A stretch of 64,000 nt of DNA from Terriglobia bacterium (GTDB taxonomy: Bacteria; Acidobacteriota; Terriglobia; Versatilivoradales; Versatilivoraceae). This document shows, piece by piece, positions 29,769 to 40,495 of this stretch. The stretch's first letter is position 1. Every line of letters starts with the position of its first letter. The notes below the pieces were generated by a model, which was not told where the DNA came from, did no database searches, and was given only the letters and a program-made list of their open reading frames with translations. The stretch covers positions 5,063,879 to 5,127,878 of the forward strand of contig OZ244053.1 in assembly GCA_965215235.1 (NCBI GenBank). Direction: 5' to 3'. The translations under genes and the position numbers were made by a program.

Positions 29769-30281
29769 ATGACAAAAACCATTCGATTGCTGCTGCCGGC
29801 AATGCTGGCCGCTCTCCTGACCGCGTTCGGCGCTCAGGATGGCTCCCCGGTTTACCAGCCGGTCGTGAAATACGACCCGAAACGCGATGCGGCCAAGGAC
29901 ATCGATGCAGCCGTGGCTGAGGCCAAGCGTTCAGGGCGGCGCGTGCTCCTGGAGGTTGGGGGTGAATGGTGCATCTGGTGTCACCGGCTCGATGATTTTC
30001 TCAGTGAGAACAAGAAGCTTGGGGTTTTGCTCGAGCGGAACTTCGTCGTGGTCAAAGTGAACTACAGTCCGGAGAACAAGAACGAAAAAGTTCTCTCGCG
30101 ATATCCCGAGGTCGCCGGGTATCCGCACTTCTTCGTGCTCGACCGAGAGGGCCAGCTTTTGCGCTCTCAGGACACTGCCAAGCTCGAGGAGGACAAGTCT
30201 TATAACGCCAAGAGATTCAAGACGTTTCTGACACGCTGGGGGCCGGCCGGTCTGGGCTCACCCGGTCGCCCTTCGCAATGA
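29769..30281 (+). CDS. Exported thioredoxin-family protein
   Basis: Signal peptide; GGEWCIWCH; cis-Pro GYP. Confidence 0.88.
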   Translation: MTKTIRLLLPAMLAALLTAFGAQDGSPVYQPVVKYDPKRDAAKDIDAAVAEAKRSGRRVLLEVGGEWCIWCHRLDDFLSENKKLGVLLERNFVVVKVNYSPENKNEKVLSRYPEVAGYPHFFVLDREGQLLRSQDTAKLEEDKSYNAKRFKTFLTRWGPAGLGSPGRPSQ

Positions 30282-30287
30282 GAACCA

Positions 30288-31412
30288 TCAACAGGACAAT
30301 CGAACCCACTCGATGTCCATGCGTTCAGTGAGTCCGGAGTAGTAGACCACCAGCACCTCCCCGTTGGATAACGCCGTAGCAAACGGCAGGCCGTAGGTCC
30401 AGTGGCTCATGTCCTCCAGTGTCGCCGCCATGGATCCTCCAGTGGTCGGACGGCTTCTCAGCGCCGCAGCATGATCGTAAAGGAGGACCTCGGTTTCGGG
30501 CGAAAAGGCGCCGTCAATCGTTTGCGCTAACCGAGCACGGATGGACTGAGTCCCAAACCGGTCCACCCAGGCCAGAACTGTTCTCCCGTCGGGCAGGATC
30601 GCGGGCCTGGCCGCTTGATCCTTGATTCCCAGATCCTCGGGAGCTGTCCAGCTCCGACCTTCATCCTGGCTGATGCGGCGCTGGATGTTACGGTAGGCGC
30701 CTGTTTGGCTGTCGAAATACCAGGTGAAGGTTACTATTCTTCCGTCGGGCGCCACTCCGGCTCGCTGATCCCAATTAAACATTCTGCCCGTCGGATCTTC
30801 GCTCACCGTGACGGGGGCGCTCCAGGTTTTACCCTCGTCATCCGAATAGAGATAGACAACCCGCTGAAACCATTGGGAAGCGTCCAGGTAGGGCTTGTTG
30901 GTCTCGACGCTCAGAGCCATCCTGCCGCTGGCCAGTTCCAACAAAGGACTGGTCACGCTTGGAGGACCCAACTCCGGAGGAGTGGGGATAAGTTTCCAGG
31001 GACTCCAGGTTTGGCCGCCGTCACCCGACTCTGCCATCAGGAGCGACATGGGCAGACAGCCTTCAGTTTCAGGATGGAACAAGGATTTCCCGGGGAATGT
31101 CTCCCGATCCACCCACATGGCGATCAGGACCAGGCGACCCGAGGATAGCTGGCCGGGATAAGCCACCCAAAGCGAGCCAACCTTTCCGTCGATCGCTGGA
31201 GAAAATAGGGTCGTCGGTTCGGTCCAGCTCTGCCCCAGGTCTTCCGACCAGCGAAGCTCGATATCAGACTGGTCTGAATCCTTGTTCGGACCCACCTTGT
31301 AGGTCGCCAGTATCCTTCCGTCGTCGAGTCCTGCCACCATGGGAAAGGTGGCGACGGCACGGTTGGTTCCCAAAGCCCCACGATTCAAGATTCCCCTTCC
31401 GACAATCTTCAC
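30288..31412 (-). CDS. Sialidase-like BNR/Asp-box protein
   Basis: Asp boxes SEDLGQSW, SGDGGQTW, SDDEGKTW, SQDEGRSW. Confidence 0.85.
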   Translation of the reverse strand: MKIVGRGILNRGALGTNRAVATFPMVAGLDDGRILATYKVGPNKDSDQSDIELRWSEDLGQSWTEPTTLFSPAIDGKVGSLWVAYPGQLSSGRLVLIAMWVDRETFPGKSLFHPETEGCLPMSLLMAESGDGGQTWSPWKLIPTPPELGPPSVTSPLLELASGRMALSVETNKPYLDASQWFQRVVYLYSDDEGKTWSAPVTVSEDPTGRMFNWDQRAGVAPDGRIVTFTWYFDSQTGAYRNIQRRISQDEGRSWTAPEDLGIKDQAARPAILPDGRTVLAWVDRFGTQSIRARLAQTIDGAFSPETEVLLYDHAAALRSRPTTGGSMAATLEDMSHWTYGLPFATALSNGEVLVVYYSGLTERMDIEWVRLSC

Positions 31413-31686
31413 GATACGCCTCCCGCGGTCACAGGCACAGTGTCAGAGTGCCCTTTAGTTTCTCAACAACGGCGCAAAGACACAATAGCCATCTGTTTGG
31501 CGCCAGGGACACTCCTTTTTTGGGTTCTCGTTCTCGGCACCGCTCGCCTGTTGAACGACCCGGGATCAGGATTCAATCCCGACGAGTTCACCGGCGTGTC
31601 ACGGTATTCGAGGTGCCGAGGCCCTCTTCTGCTATCATGCTCAAGTGATGTCTTTTGGGCCGCCCCGGCCTTTTTGCGACTCCCTG

Positions 31687-32559
31687 ATGATGCGATGGTC
31701 AGCGATCATGATCGGTCTGGTCCTGGCAACGGCTGTCGGCGGTTGCCGTCCACAGGCCGCGCAGCAACGCTATGAGTTGCAGGGAACCGTGGTTTCGGTG
31801 GATGTCGCTGCCGGTCGGGCGACCATCGATCACCAGGAAATCCCGGGATTCATGGGCGCCATGACCATGCCTTTCGTGGTCCGAGACGAGGAAGGACTTG
31901 GCCAGTTGGAAGCAGGGGATCGGGTCAGAGCCACTCTGGTGGTTGAGTCCGATCGGTCCTGGATAGCGAAAATCTTGTCCATCGACAGCCTGGGATTGCG
32001 GGATGAAGACGAGGCTCCGAAAGCATCCTTCCGGCTTCCTCAGCCGGGTGACGCTGTTCCCGATTTCACTCTGGTGAACCAGGACGGGAATCCCATTCAC
32101 CTCCATCAGTATCGCGGCCACCCTCTTTTGTTGACGTTCGTCTATACGCGCTGCCCGCTTCCGGATTACTGCCCCTTGATGAATGATCACCTCAGCACCA
32201 TCCGGAGCGCCATCCAGAACGATCCCTCCATCATCGCCAACACCCATCTGCTCACCATCAGTTTTGATCCCGAATTCGATACTCCGGAGGTTCTTCGCCG
32301 TTACGGGGTTCTCTGGACCCAAAGTTCCGGCCCCACGGCCTTTGATGATTGGGAATTTGCCACCGGGACTTCGGAGGAGGTCAAGGCCATCACGGCCTTC
32401 TTTGGCTTGGGGTACTGGCAGGAGAAAGAGGAAATCATCCACACTCTGCGGACGGCCTTGATCGCTCCCGATGGCAAGCTATTCAAACTATACAAAGGCA
32501 ATGATTGGACTCCCCAGGACGTTCTCCGCGACTTGAAAAGCCTGAAGCTCGAAGATTGA
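31687..32559 (+). CDS. SCO family lipoprotein with N-terminal CusF-like copper-binding domain
   Basis: Lipobox VGGC; HQEIPGFMGAMTMPF; YTRCPLPDYCP; ISFDPEFDTPEVL; conserved His in IIHT. Confidence 0.9.
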   Translation: MMRWSAIMIGLVLATAVGGCRPQAAQQRYELQGTVVSVDVAAGRATIDHQEIPGFMGAMTMPFVVRDEEGLGQLEAGDRVRATLVVESDRSWIAKILSIDSLGLRDEDEAPKASFRLPQPGDAVPDFTLVNQDGNPIHLHQYRGHPLLLTFVYTRCPLPDYCPLMNDHLSTIRSAIQNDPSIIANTHLLTISFDPEFDTPEVLRRYGVLWTQSSGPTAFDDWEFATGTSEEVKAITAFFGLGYWQEKEEIIHTLRTALIAPDGKLFKLYKGNDWTPQDVLRDLKSLKLED

Positions 32560-32713
32560 GGACTCTGGAACGCTTTCTTGGGAGGCCGGTGAAGAAAGAG
32601 AAAGGGTTCGACTCATGGGCCAGGTAAAATCCGGGCAGGTGTTCATTCCCGTCACCCGCTGCCCGGCATCTCGAGAACGTAGCCGCCGCTTACCGGGCGC
32701 CCTCGAGCCTTGC

Positions 32714-33970
32714 TCAGGGCAGGGGATTCATTCCCGTCGCCGCAAACCTCACCGGCAGTGACTTCAGCGTGCGCAGAGACACACCTTCCTGCCACTTCAG
32801 CGCCGGGTTTTCCAGCCGCAATTCGGGCAGTCGGCGGAGTAGGGTGAGGAAGGCGATTTGCCCTTCAATGCGGGCCAGGGGAGCCCCCAGGCAGTGGTGG
32901 ACCCCGTACCCGAAGGCGACGTGCCGGTTGTTCCGGCGGCTGATATCGAACCGGTCGGGGTCGGAGAACTGTTCCGGGTCCCGGTTGGCTGCCCCCTGCA
33001 TGGCCCAAATGCGCTGTCCCTCTCGAAGCTTTTTGCCACGAAATTCAAAGTCTGCTTTAACCACCCGGGAAATGCGTTGGATGGGGCCATCGTAGCGTAA
33101 ACATTCCTCGACGGCTGAGGCGATCAAGGCGGGATTCTCTTTCAACACCCTCAACTGGTCGGGGTTTTGCAGCAGCGCCAGGAGACCGTTGCCGATCAAG
33201 CCGGTGGTGGTTTCGTGACCCGCCTCCAGCAGAAACGAGCAGATCCCGAACAGCTCCGCCTGGCTGAGCTTGTCACCCTCGGCCTCGACAGCTGTCAGGT
33301 CGCTGATCAAATCGGTGCGCGGTTCTTGTCGGCGTTGGTCGAATAGCCCTCGCAGGTAATCCGTCAACTCCAGAACGCTCTGATTGGCGCGCCGGGCAGT
33401 GGCGGCATAGTCTTTTCCGACCCCCTCCATGAAGACGGTCAGGTCGTCGGCCCAACGCTTGAACCGGTCACGGTCTTCCGGGGGCGCCCCCAGCATCTCG
33501 GCAATCACGATGGCCGGGAGAGGGTAGGCGAATTCACCGATCACGTCCAGACGTCCTCTGCCCCGGACAGCATCGAGTAGCTCGTGCGCAATGGCTTGAA
33601 TTCGAGGCCGCAGGTGCTCCAGAATTCCCGGCGTGAACGCCCGGTTCACCAGGGAGCGCAAACGCGTATGATCCGGAGGATCATAGTATTGCATCCAGGT
33701 GGAGAGGAGCTGTCGCAGTGGTTCCACTTCCGCCTGAACCGTCTCCGGAAGCTGAGCCATCAATAAGCTGAGCCGCTCCGCTGTGAGGCGCGGGTCGTGC
33801 TGAAGGGCAAACTTGACGTCGGCGTAGCGGGTCAGAATCCAGCTGTTGGCCAGATTGCTCCAATGCACCGGGTCTTCCGAGCGGAGCCGGTGGTAGAACG
33901 GGTAGGGGTTGGCCAGCTTACCCCGGCAGAACAAAACGTACTCGTCAAGCGTCTGCCGATCCTTTGCCAT
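32714..33970 (-). CDS. Cytochrome P450
   Basis: DPPDHTRLR, AGHETT, EECLR, ANRDP, FGYGVHHCLG. Confidence 0.96.
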   Translation of the reverse strand: MAKDRQTLDEYVLFCRGKLANPYPFYHRLRSEDPVHWSNLANSWILTRYADVKFALQHDPRLTAERLSLLMAQLPETVQAEVEPLRQLLSTWMQYYDPPDHTRLRSLVNRAFTPGILEHLRPRIQAIAHELLDAVRGRGRLDVIGEFAYPLPAIVIAEMLGAPPEDRDRFKRWADDLTVFMEGVGKDYAATARRANQSVLELTDYLRGLFDQRRQEPRTDLISDLTAVEAEGDKLSQAELFGICSFLLEAGHETTTGLIGNGLLALLQNPDQLRVLKENPALIASAVEECLRYDGPIQRISRVVKADFEFRGKKLREGQRIWAMQGAANRDPEQFSDPDRFDISRRNNRHVAFGYGVHHCLGAPLARIEGQIAFLTLLRRLPELRLENPALKWQEGVSLRTLKSLPVRFAATGMNPLP

Positions 33971-34069
33971 GGCTTGAACTCCAAGGCTCGAGGGGCTGTC
34001 ATTCCACAGCCCCGCCCGCCCGCTGTGCCGGAACCTTTGTGGATCTGCCCGACAAAACGTGTTTACCCC

Positions 34070-34608
34070 TCAGGCTCCGTTCTCCTTATACAGGAAACGG
34101 AATCTCCAGGCCAAAAGAATGCAGCCAATGGGAAGGGCAATGAGAGCCCCGTAACCCAGCACTCCCTGGTAGTTTCCGATGGCTTTGATCGCGGTGAACA
34201 CGAAGGCGCTGCCTGCCACGAGGTTGACAACTTGGAGGACAGCGGGAGCATGGAGTGGACGGGGAAGAAACCTTCGGTCGGCCCAGAGGTTGGCAGAACA
34301 GTAGAAACTGGCCACGAAACAGGTGAAAATCCCTGCCGGAGTGACGAGGTCCAAAAGGTCGAAACCCGGCTCGACCACGCCGGCTTGCTGCAGCCAGCGA
34401 ACGCTGATTGGTGGCCGAAGATCGCGCCCCCCGGGGAGGGGAAAATCATTTCCCCGCTGTCCACCGCCACCGAGGCCACAATGGCGCCGGGACCGAAGAA
34501 ACGAAACCATGCCGCTAGGTTGCGAGACAACAGAGCCGCTGGAGGATCTGCTACACCTGCGCCGACAGCGGTTGAATCTCCGGTTTCTTGAGGCGACATG
34601 CTCGACAT
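34070..34608 (-). pseudogene. Nramp-like transporter with a large internal deletion
   Basis: N-terminal FFGPGAIVASVAVDSGEMIF joined out of frame near 34400 to C-terminal DRRFLPRPL...; most TM helices missing. Confidence 0.65.
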
Positions 34609-34693
34609 GCTTTTGAGGAAGCCCCCCGGCTGGTCGAGGGTGGATATATCGAACCGGAGTTCGCTGCTCGCTTGCTCCGCCGCCGGCCATCCG

Positions 34694-37600
34694 TCACCCA
34701 TTGATGGACGAAGCTGTGTGTGGCGCCACCACGTCGACAAACTCCGCAATCACCCGTACCCGTTCTTCTTCCGCGCCAGTGAGGATGATGGGTTTGAAGT
34801 CGGGATTGAGGGGCTTCAGGATGATAGTCGTGTGTCGCCAGGAGTCGCCGTCCGTTGTTTTCTTGCTCTCGTAACGCTTGATGGTGTAGCGCTCCCCGGT
34901 CTCGGGATCGAGCGCGTCGCGGAGTTGAACGAGCACGCTCTTGCCCTGCCGGGCGCCGGTGACGGGCGCCGCGAACAAACAGTAGGCGCCGTCCGGGATC
35001 GCGGGTTCCATCGAGCGGCCCACGACCTGGGCGACGAACATGCCCGGGCGCAGGCGATGCTTTGTTTCCACTTCTATCCATTCCCACTCGTTATCCTCGA
35101 CGTGTTGCGCTTCGCTGAAGGCGCCGGCGGCTGCTGTGAGGGGGACGAGCGGCACGCAGGTAACGTATTTCTCCTCAAGGTTCGGCTGAACCACCCTGAA
35201 CGGCGCGCCCCCGGAGTGCTCGCCTTCCGGTTCGACTCGCATTTCCGGCGCACGGCGGATTTTCTGGTAGGGCCCTGCCCTGCCATCCACTCCGTGACGA
35301 CGTTCTGAAATGGCGCGTCGTTCATGAAGCGGACGAAGATCTCTTCGTTCTGATCCATGCGCTCGACGAAGAGGTTTTCGAGCAGGTTCTTGAATATCAG
35401 CTCGAACTTGCCCCCCGGATTCACCGCCGCCGCCTGCCGCAGGTCGTCATCGGCAACTGCTGCTTCGACGATCTGGTCGAAGAAAAGCTGATCGGCCTGA
35501 TTGAAGTCGGCGCCGAAGCGTTCGTTCACGATGTCGATGAGCTGGGAGAGCGGCATGGATTCCGACCGCACCAGGCCGCTCCCGACCTCGGTAGGGCCGT
35601 CGAGCGGGCGCGGCTCGCCGTATTGCAGCGGGATCGATCCCTCACTGATCTTCTGCAACCGGTAATACTCGAGACGTACGTCGTCGTCGAAATCGTAGGC
35701 GGGACCGCGACGGCGCCTGGGCAGCTTGGCGGCGAGATGCCGGAGGAACACGTACAGTTTCTCCAGATCTGAGTCCTGGTAGGGGATCACCTGGCTCAGG
35801 AATCCATAGAGATTCCGAAACGCCTGCGTCTTGCCCCGCCAGAGCTCGGCCTCTTCTTCGTCCTCGTCGAGCCATGCCCCGAAACGAGAAACCGCCGGGT
35901 CCAGAGCCACGTTCATCGCTTGGTGGTCCGCGGCGCTCTGACGCTGCTTGGGCTTGAAGTACACCTTGCAAAATCGCTTGACCTCTTCGTCCAGGTAGAT
36001 TCCGGCGGCATTGAGCTCGCTCTGGACCTGGTACATGCGCGCCGGGTCGACCTCCTCGCCCATTTCAGCGCCCTCGTAGTAGACCTTGAAAGCCTCATGG
36101 ATCTCGTCACGATCGTTCACGAAGTCGAGGACGAAGGTGTCCTCCTTGAGAGGATGGATGCGGTTCAGTCTCGACAGCGTCTGCACTGCCTGGATTCCGG
36201 CGAGCCGCTTGTTCACGTACAGCGTATGCAGCAAGGGCTGATCGAATCCCGTCTGGTACTTCTCCGCCACGAGCAGCACCTGGTATTCCTGTGTCGCGAA
36301 CTTCTCGGGCAACTCCTTCTCCCGAATCCCGTCGTTCATATCTTCCTCGGTATAGGAAACGTCGGGCAGTTTGTCGTCCTGCACAGTGCCCGAGAAGGCC
36401 ACCAGCGACTTGATCGGATAGCCCTTCTCGCGGATGTACTTGTCGAAGCTTTGCTTGTAGCGGACCGCCTCCAGGCGTGAACCGGTCACCACCATCGCCT
36501 TGGCGCGTCCGCCGATCCTGTGCCGGGTGAAGGCATTGAAGTGCTCCACCATCACCTCGGTCTTCTGCGTGATGTTGTGTGGATGAAACTTGAGGAAGCG
36601 GGCGAGCGCTTGGGCGGCTTTCTTGCGTTCGACGTTGGGATCGTCGCGGGATGCTTTCAGGAGCTTGAAGTAGGCGGCGTAGGTGGTGTAGTGCTTGAGC
36701 ACGTCGAGGATGAACCGCTCCTCAATGGCTTGGCGCATGGTGTAGCGATGCGCGGGTTGTCCGTTGCGTCCAAATACGGCGAACGTCTTGTGTTTGGGCG
36801 TCGCTGTGAAGGCGAAGAAGCTCAGGTTCGCCTGACGCCCCCGCTTGGCCATGCTGCGAAAGAGCGCTTCCATATCCTCATGGCCTTCCTCCTTCGCCTG
36901 CTTCCTGGCCCTCTCCCACAATGCCTCGCCGCCGAGCACCCCCTTCAACTCGGTGGCCGTCTCGCCGCCCTGAGAACTGTGCGCCTCGTCGATGATGACG
37001 GCGCAACGGCGGGTAGGAAGGATGCCGGTTTCATCCGTCCCGCGCTCTTCGGCCATCTTGAGCAGGTGGCGGGAGACGAAGGGGAACTTCTGCAAGGTGG
37101 TGGTGATGATCGGGACCGCGTTTTCCAGCGCCTGGGCCAGTTGCCTCGAACTTGCGTCGATCTTTTGCACCACGCCGCGTTTGTGCTCGAACTGGTAGAT
37201 GGTGTCCTGAAGCTGCTGGTCCAGCACGATCCGGTCGGTCACCACGATCACGCTGTCGAAGACGCGCTCATTCGAGGCGTCGTGCAATGACGCCAGTCGG
37301 TGGGCGAGCCAGCCGATGGTGTTGCTCTTGCCGCTGCCGGCCGAGTGCTCGATCAGATGGTTGTGTCCCACGCCGTTGCTCCGGGCGGCATCGACCAACA
37401 GGCGCACCGCCTGGAGTTGGTGATAACGGGGGAAGATCATCGTCTCGACCTTCACTTTACGCCTCCGGTCGTCGTGCTTCTCCTCGCTCTGCAAGTGGAC
37501 GAAGCGGGCCAGCAGGTCGAGCAGGCTGTCGCGTTGCAGGACCTCCTCCCACAGGTAGGAAGTACGGTAGCTGCGCCCTTTGGGATCGGGCGGGTTGCCA

Positions 37601-38259
37601 GAGCCGCCGTCGCAGCCCTTGTCGAAGGGAAGAAAATGCGTCGCAGCGCCGGCGAGCCGGGTGGTCATGAGCACGGACTCGGTATCCACCGCAAAGTGGA
37701 CGAGCGCGCGCCGCTTGAACTCGAAGATCGGCTCGCGCGGGTCGCGGTCCTGCCGGTACTGCCTGCGTGCATCCTCGAGGGTCTGGCCGGTGAGCGGATT
37801 CTTCAACTCCAGGGTTGAGACGGGTATCCCGTTCAGACTCAGCGCGACGTCGACGGAGTGCTCCGAGCGCGGCGAAAAGCGGAGTTGGCGGGTGAGGCCG
37901 ACGCGGTTGGCGGCGTAGCATGCCTCAAGATCGGGGTTCAACTCGTGGGCCGCCTTGAAAAAGGCAATGCGCAGCGTGCGGCCATAGCACTTGAAGCCGT
38001 GGCGCAGCGTCGCCAGAGCGCCGTGCGTGTCCATCCACTTGCAGAGGTCGGCGAGCACCTGCCCGCCGATCCGCTCGCCGAGAAGCGCCTCCAGCTTGCT
38101 CCACTCGTTCGGCTGGGTCTCGCGGATGAACTCAAGCGCGGTCTCGGGAAAGAGGGCGCGTTCGCGGTCGAAGGCGTCTCTCGGGATGGAGATGTAGCCG
38201 TTCCGTAGAAGGTGCGTTTCGATGACGGTCTCGAAGGCCGCTTCGCCGGTGGGTTTCAT
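34694..38259 (-). CDS. hsdR: Type I restriction subunit R with C-terminal S24 (LexA-like) peptidase domain; apparent frameshift at 35270-35275
   Basis: VD...NGIP...LELK nuclease, [34 protein letters not shown]. After EWMAGQ the other frame reads YQKIRR...AAAGAF...VVGRSMEP...YTIKRY. Confidence 0.9.
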
Positions 38260-38750
38260 GGCTCTATCTCCAAGACAAACCTAGCCCGCTCACGGCGCAG
38301 CATCTCGAAAGGCGTCATGCAGGTAATCTCCAAGGCGATGCAAGCATTGGGGATTTTGATCTTCCTGGGTGAATTCGAAGGCTTCTCGTGCGTCACCACC
38401 GTGTGGGCATGGGCCAGCGCGTGGGCGACCAAATAGTAATCCGCCACCGATAGGAACGTGTTGATGGCAGCGGGGTCGTACTGCTGCCTGGTGGACCAAG
38501 CGCTCACTGCGGCGAGCGCGTTCAACACTTCCTCATCGGGCCTTAAAAAGAATCCGGGGCCACGGTCCGCTGCCCAATTTGCAAGCTGGTCTCCTCCGCC
38601 TTGGATCTCGCCTTCCACTTTCTCGATGCTGTAAACGTTTCCCGCGTCATTGGACTCGATTAACCACTCCCAGAACGCAGGGCAAAAGTCGAACCCGTAG
38701 TGCAGATTGCTGGCGCTCATGAACACGTTGGCGTCGAGGAGGTAGGCCAT
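38256..38750 (-). CDS. DUF4411 PIN-like protein
   Basis: YLLDANVF...YGFDFCPAFWEWL...ADYYLVAHA...VVTHE...KIPNAC. Confidence 0.88.
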   Translation of the reverse strand: MAYLLDANVFMSASNLHYGFDFCPAFWEWLIESNDAGNVYSIEKVEGEIQGGGDQLANWAADRGPGFFLRPDEEVLNALAAVSAWSTRQQYDPAAINTFLSVADYYLVAHALAHAHTVVTHEKPSNSPRKIKIPNACIALEITCMTPFEMLRRERARFVLEIEP

Positions 38751-39895
38751 CACACGTCGAGTCCCAGGCTATCCCCGAGCTTGCGGAAGGTCGCCATCTT
38801 CTTGAAGCCGAGCAACCGGAACGCCTCCGTGAAGGACGACCGTCCCTCCAGCGTGCTCACCACCATGGCGCGGGCGAAGCGCTTGCTGACCCGGGCGCCG
38901 AGAGTGAGGTAGAAGTCGCCGCCGCTCCCGGCGGACAGTGCTCTCAAACGAGCAACTTCCTCATCGTAGTCGGCCCGGTACTCATCGGCGGTGAGCGTGC
39001 CGACGTCGCGAAGCCGGCGCAGCACGACCAGTGTGCTCACCTTGAAGCGTCGCGCCAAGCGGTCCAACTCGGCGCGGAGCTCGGCTTGAGGCTCATGTAC
39101 GGCGCGCAGCGTCGCCATCGGCACCAGAAACTCCGCCGCCACTTGGTTGCACCAGCGCTCGACATCATGGTCGGGAAGCGTTCGCACCTGGCTGTCGGAA
39201 AGCGCCGATTGGCCCAGCCAGATATGAACTAACTCGTGCGCCAGCGTGAACATCTGCGCCGCCTTGGTGTCTGCGCCATTGACGAACACCAGCGGCGCCA
39301 AATCGTCAACCAACGCGAAGCCGCGGAATTCCTCGGGGTTCAGCTTGCGCCGGTTGTTGCTCCCTGCGATGCTGCTCACCATCACGAGTACCCCAGCGGC
39401 ATTCGCTTGCGAGATGAAACGGCGTAGCGCATCGGTCCAGGTGGGCATTTGCCGGCGTTCTTCCAGGTCGAAGCCAAGTGCCCCGCGGATTCCCGCAGCC
39501 ACCGCTTCGACGTCGTTGTTCTGCTGCACCGAACCCACGAACTCAAGCCGTCGCTCCCCCTCCATCAGGGCGAAGTCGCGGTACCACGCTTGCCGTTGCT
39601 GACACAGGTAAAGCGTGTCGAGCAGATCAGGGCTCGGGCGCTCGACAGTCTGACCGGCGATGGTTCGGAAATCCGGAATGGGCACCTGCTCTTCCGGCGG
39701 CTCGGGCAAAAACAGGTAGCCGACGGGCGTATGCGTGGCCTTGGCGAAGGCTTCAAGCTGCTTGAGGGTCGGCTGCTTCTCCCCCCGCTCCCAGGCGGGA
39801 AGCTGGCGGATACGCTTCGCAAGGGCAGCGGGCTCGATTCGTGCACGCTCGCATGCCCAGCGCAGCATTCTGGGTTCGATCTCAACGCGATTCAT
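38750..39895 (-). CDS. XRE-HTH + ImmA/IrrE (M78) metallopeptidase
   Basis: LRWACER...WERGEKQPTLKQL HTH; FTLAHELVH (HExxH); E..CN..AAEFL. Confidence 0.92.
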   Translation of the reverse strand: MNRVEIEPRMLRWACERARIEPAALAKRIRQLPAWERGEKQPTLKQLEAFAKATHTPVGYLFLPEPPEEQVPIPDFRTIAGQTVERPSPDLLDTLYLCQQRQAWYRDFALMEGERRLEFVGSVQQNNDVEAVAAGIRGALGFDLEERRQMPTWTDALRRFISQANAAGVLVMVSSIAGSNNRRKLNPEEFRGFALVDDLAPLVFVNGADTKAAQMFTLAHELVHIWLGQSALSDSQVRTLPDHDVERWCNQVAAEFLVPMATLRAVHEPQAELRAELDRLARRFKVSTLVVLRRLRDVGTLTADEYRADYDEEVARLRALSAGSGGDFYLTLGARVSKRFARAMVVSTLEGRSSFTEAFRLLGFKKMATFRKLGDSLGLDV

Positions 39896-40022
39896 TTCTC
39901 CGTACCCGCAAGCTCAGCTTTGTTTTCCAGCACGTCGCTTCGGTTAACGTCCATTAGCCGCCGGTCCTGCCGGTTATCGCTCCGCTCAGGTCTTTTTCTT
40001 CTACGCGATCAACTCTAACGGT

Positions 40023-40484
40023 TTAGGTTGGTTCGACATGGATGAATTCGAACCATACATCTTTCAAATGACGAAAGTCCGTGTCCGTCGACACCAATGT
40101 GGCTCCGCTTGCATGGGCCGTGGCCGCGATCCAAAGGTCATTCTGAGTCATCGAGAGAGCCGGTTTTGGTGGGGGGGAGCCGTCGGGAGAAGGGACAGAC
40201 TTGCCATGGGTCCAGGCATCGATGAGGGCGTACGCGTTCAGAATCGACTTGCGGTTTATGTCGAGCCTCGGAAGCTGGTGCAGGATTCGATTGAGCTTGG
40301 CGCGTGTGTTGTCACCCCAACCTCTTTTTTCAGCAAGAGCGAGAATCTCTCCATGACAAATTACGGAGGTATAGGCGGCTACTTCCCCACTGTCAAGATT
40401 TAGCTGCTCGACAGCTTGGCGAGCCCAGGACGCTCTTCGGGTGAGACCGAGCAACAGGCCAGTATCGAGAAGAAAGACCTTCAT
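40023..40484 (-). CDS. vapC: VapC-family PIN toxin
   Basis: LLDTG, SVICHGE, NDLWIAATA, LVSTDTDF.HL. Confidence 0.88.
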   Translation of the reverse strand: MKVFLLDTGLLLGLTRRASWARQAVEQLNLDSGEVAAYTSVICHGEILALAEKRGWGDNTRAKLNRILHQLPRLDINRKSILNAYALIDAWTHGKSVPSPDGSPPPKPALSMTQNDLWIAATAHASGATLVSTDTDFRHLKDVWFEFIHVEPT

Positions 40485-40495
40485 CAGCGAACCGA

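Noticed and set aside
35074-35270. Arg-rich C-terminal tail of the 1061-aa HsdR ORF
   Set aside because: Out-of-frame read-through after the GGCC indel; the alternative frame encodes a clear S24 domain
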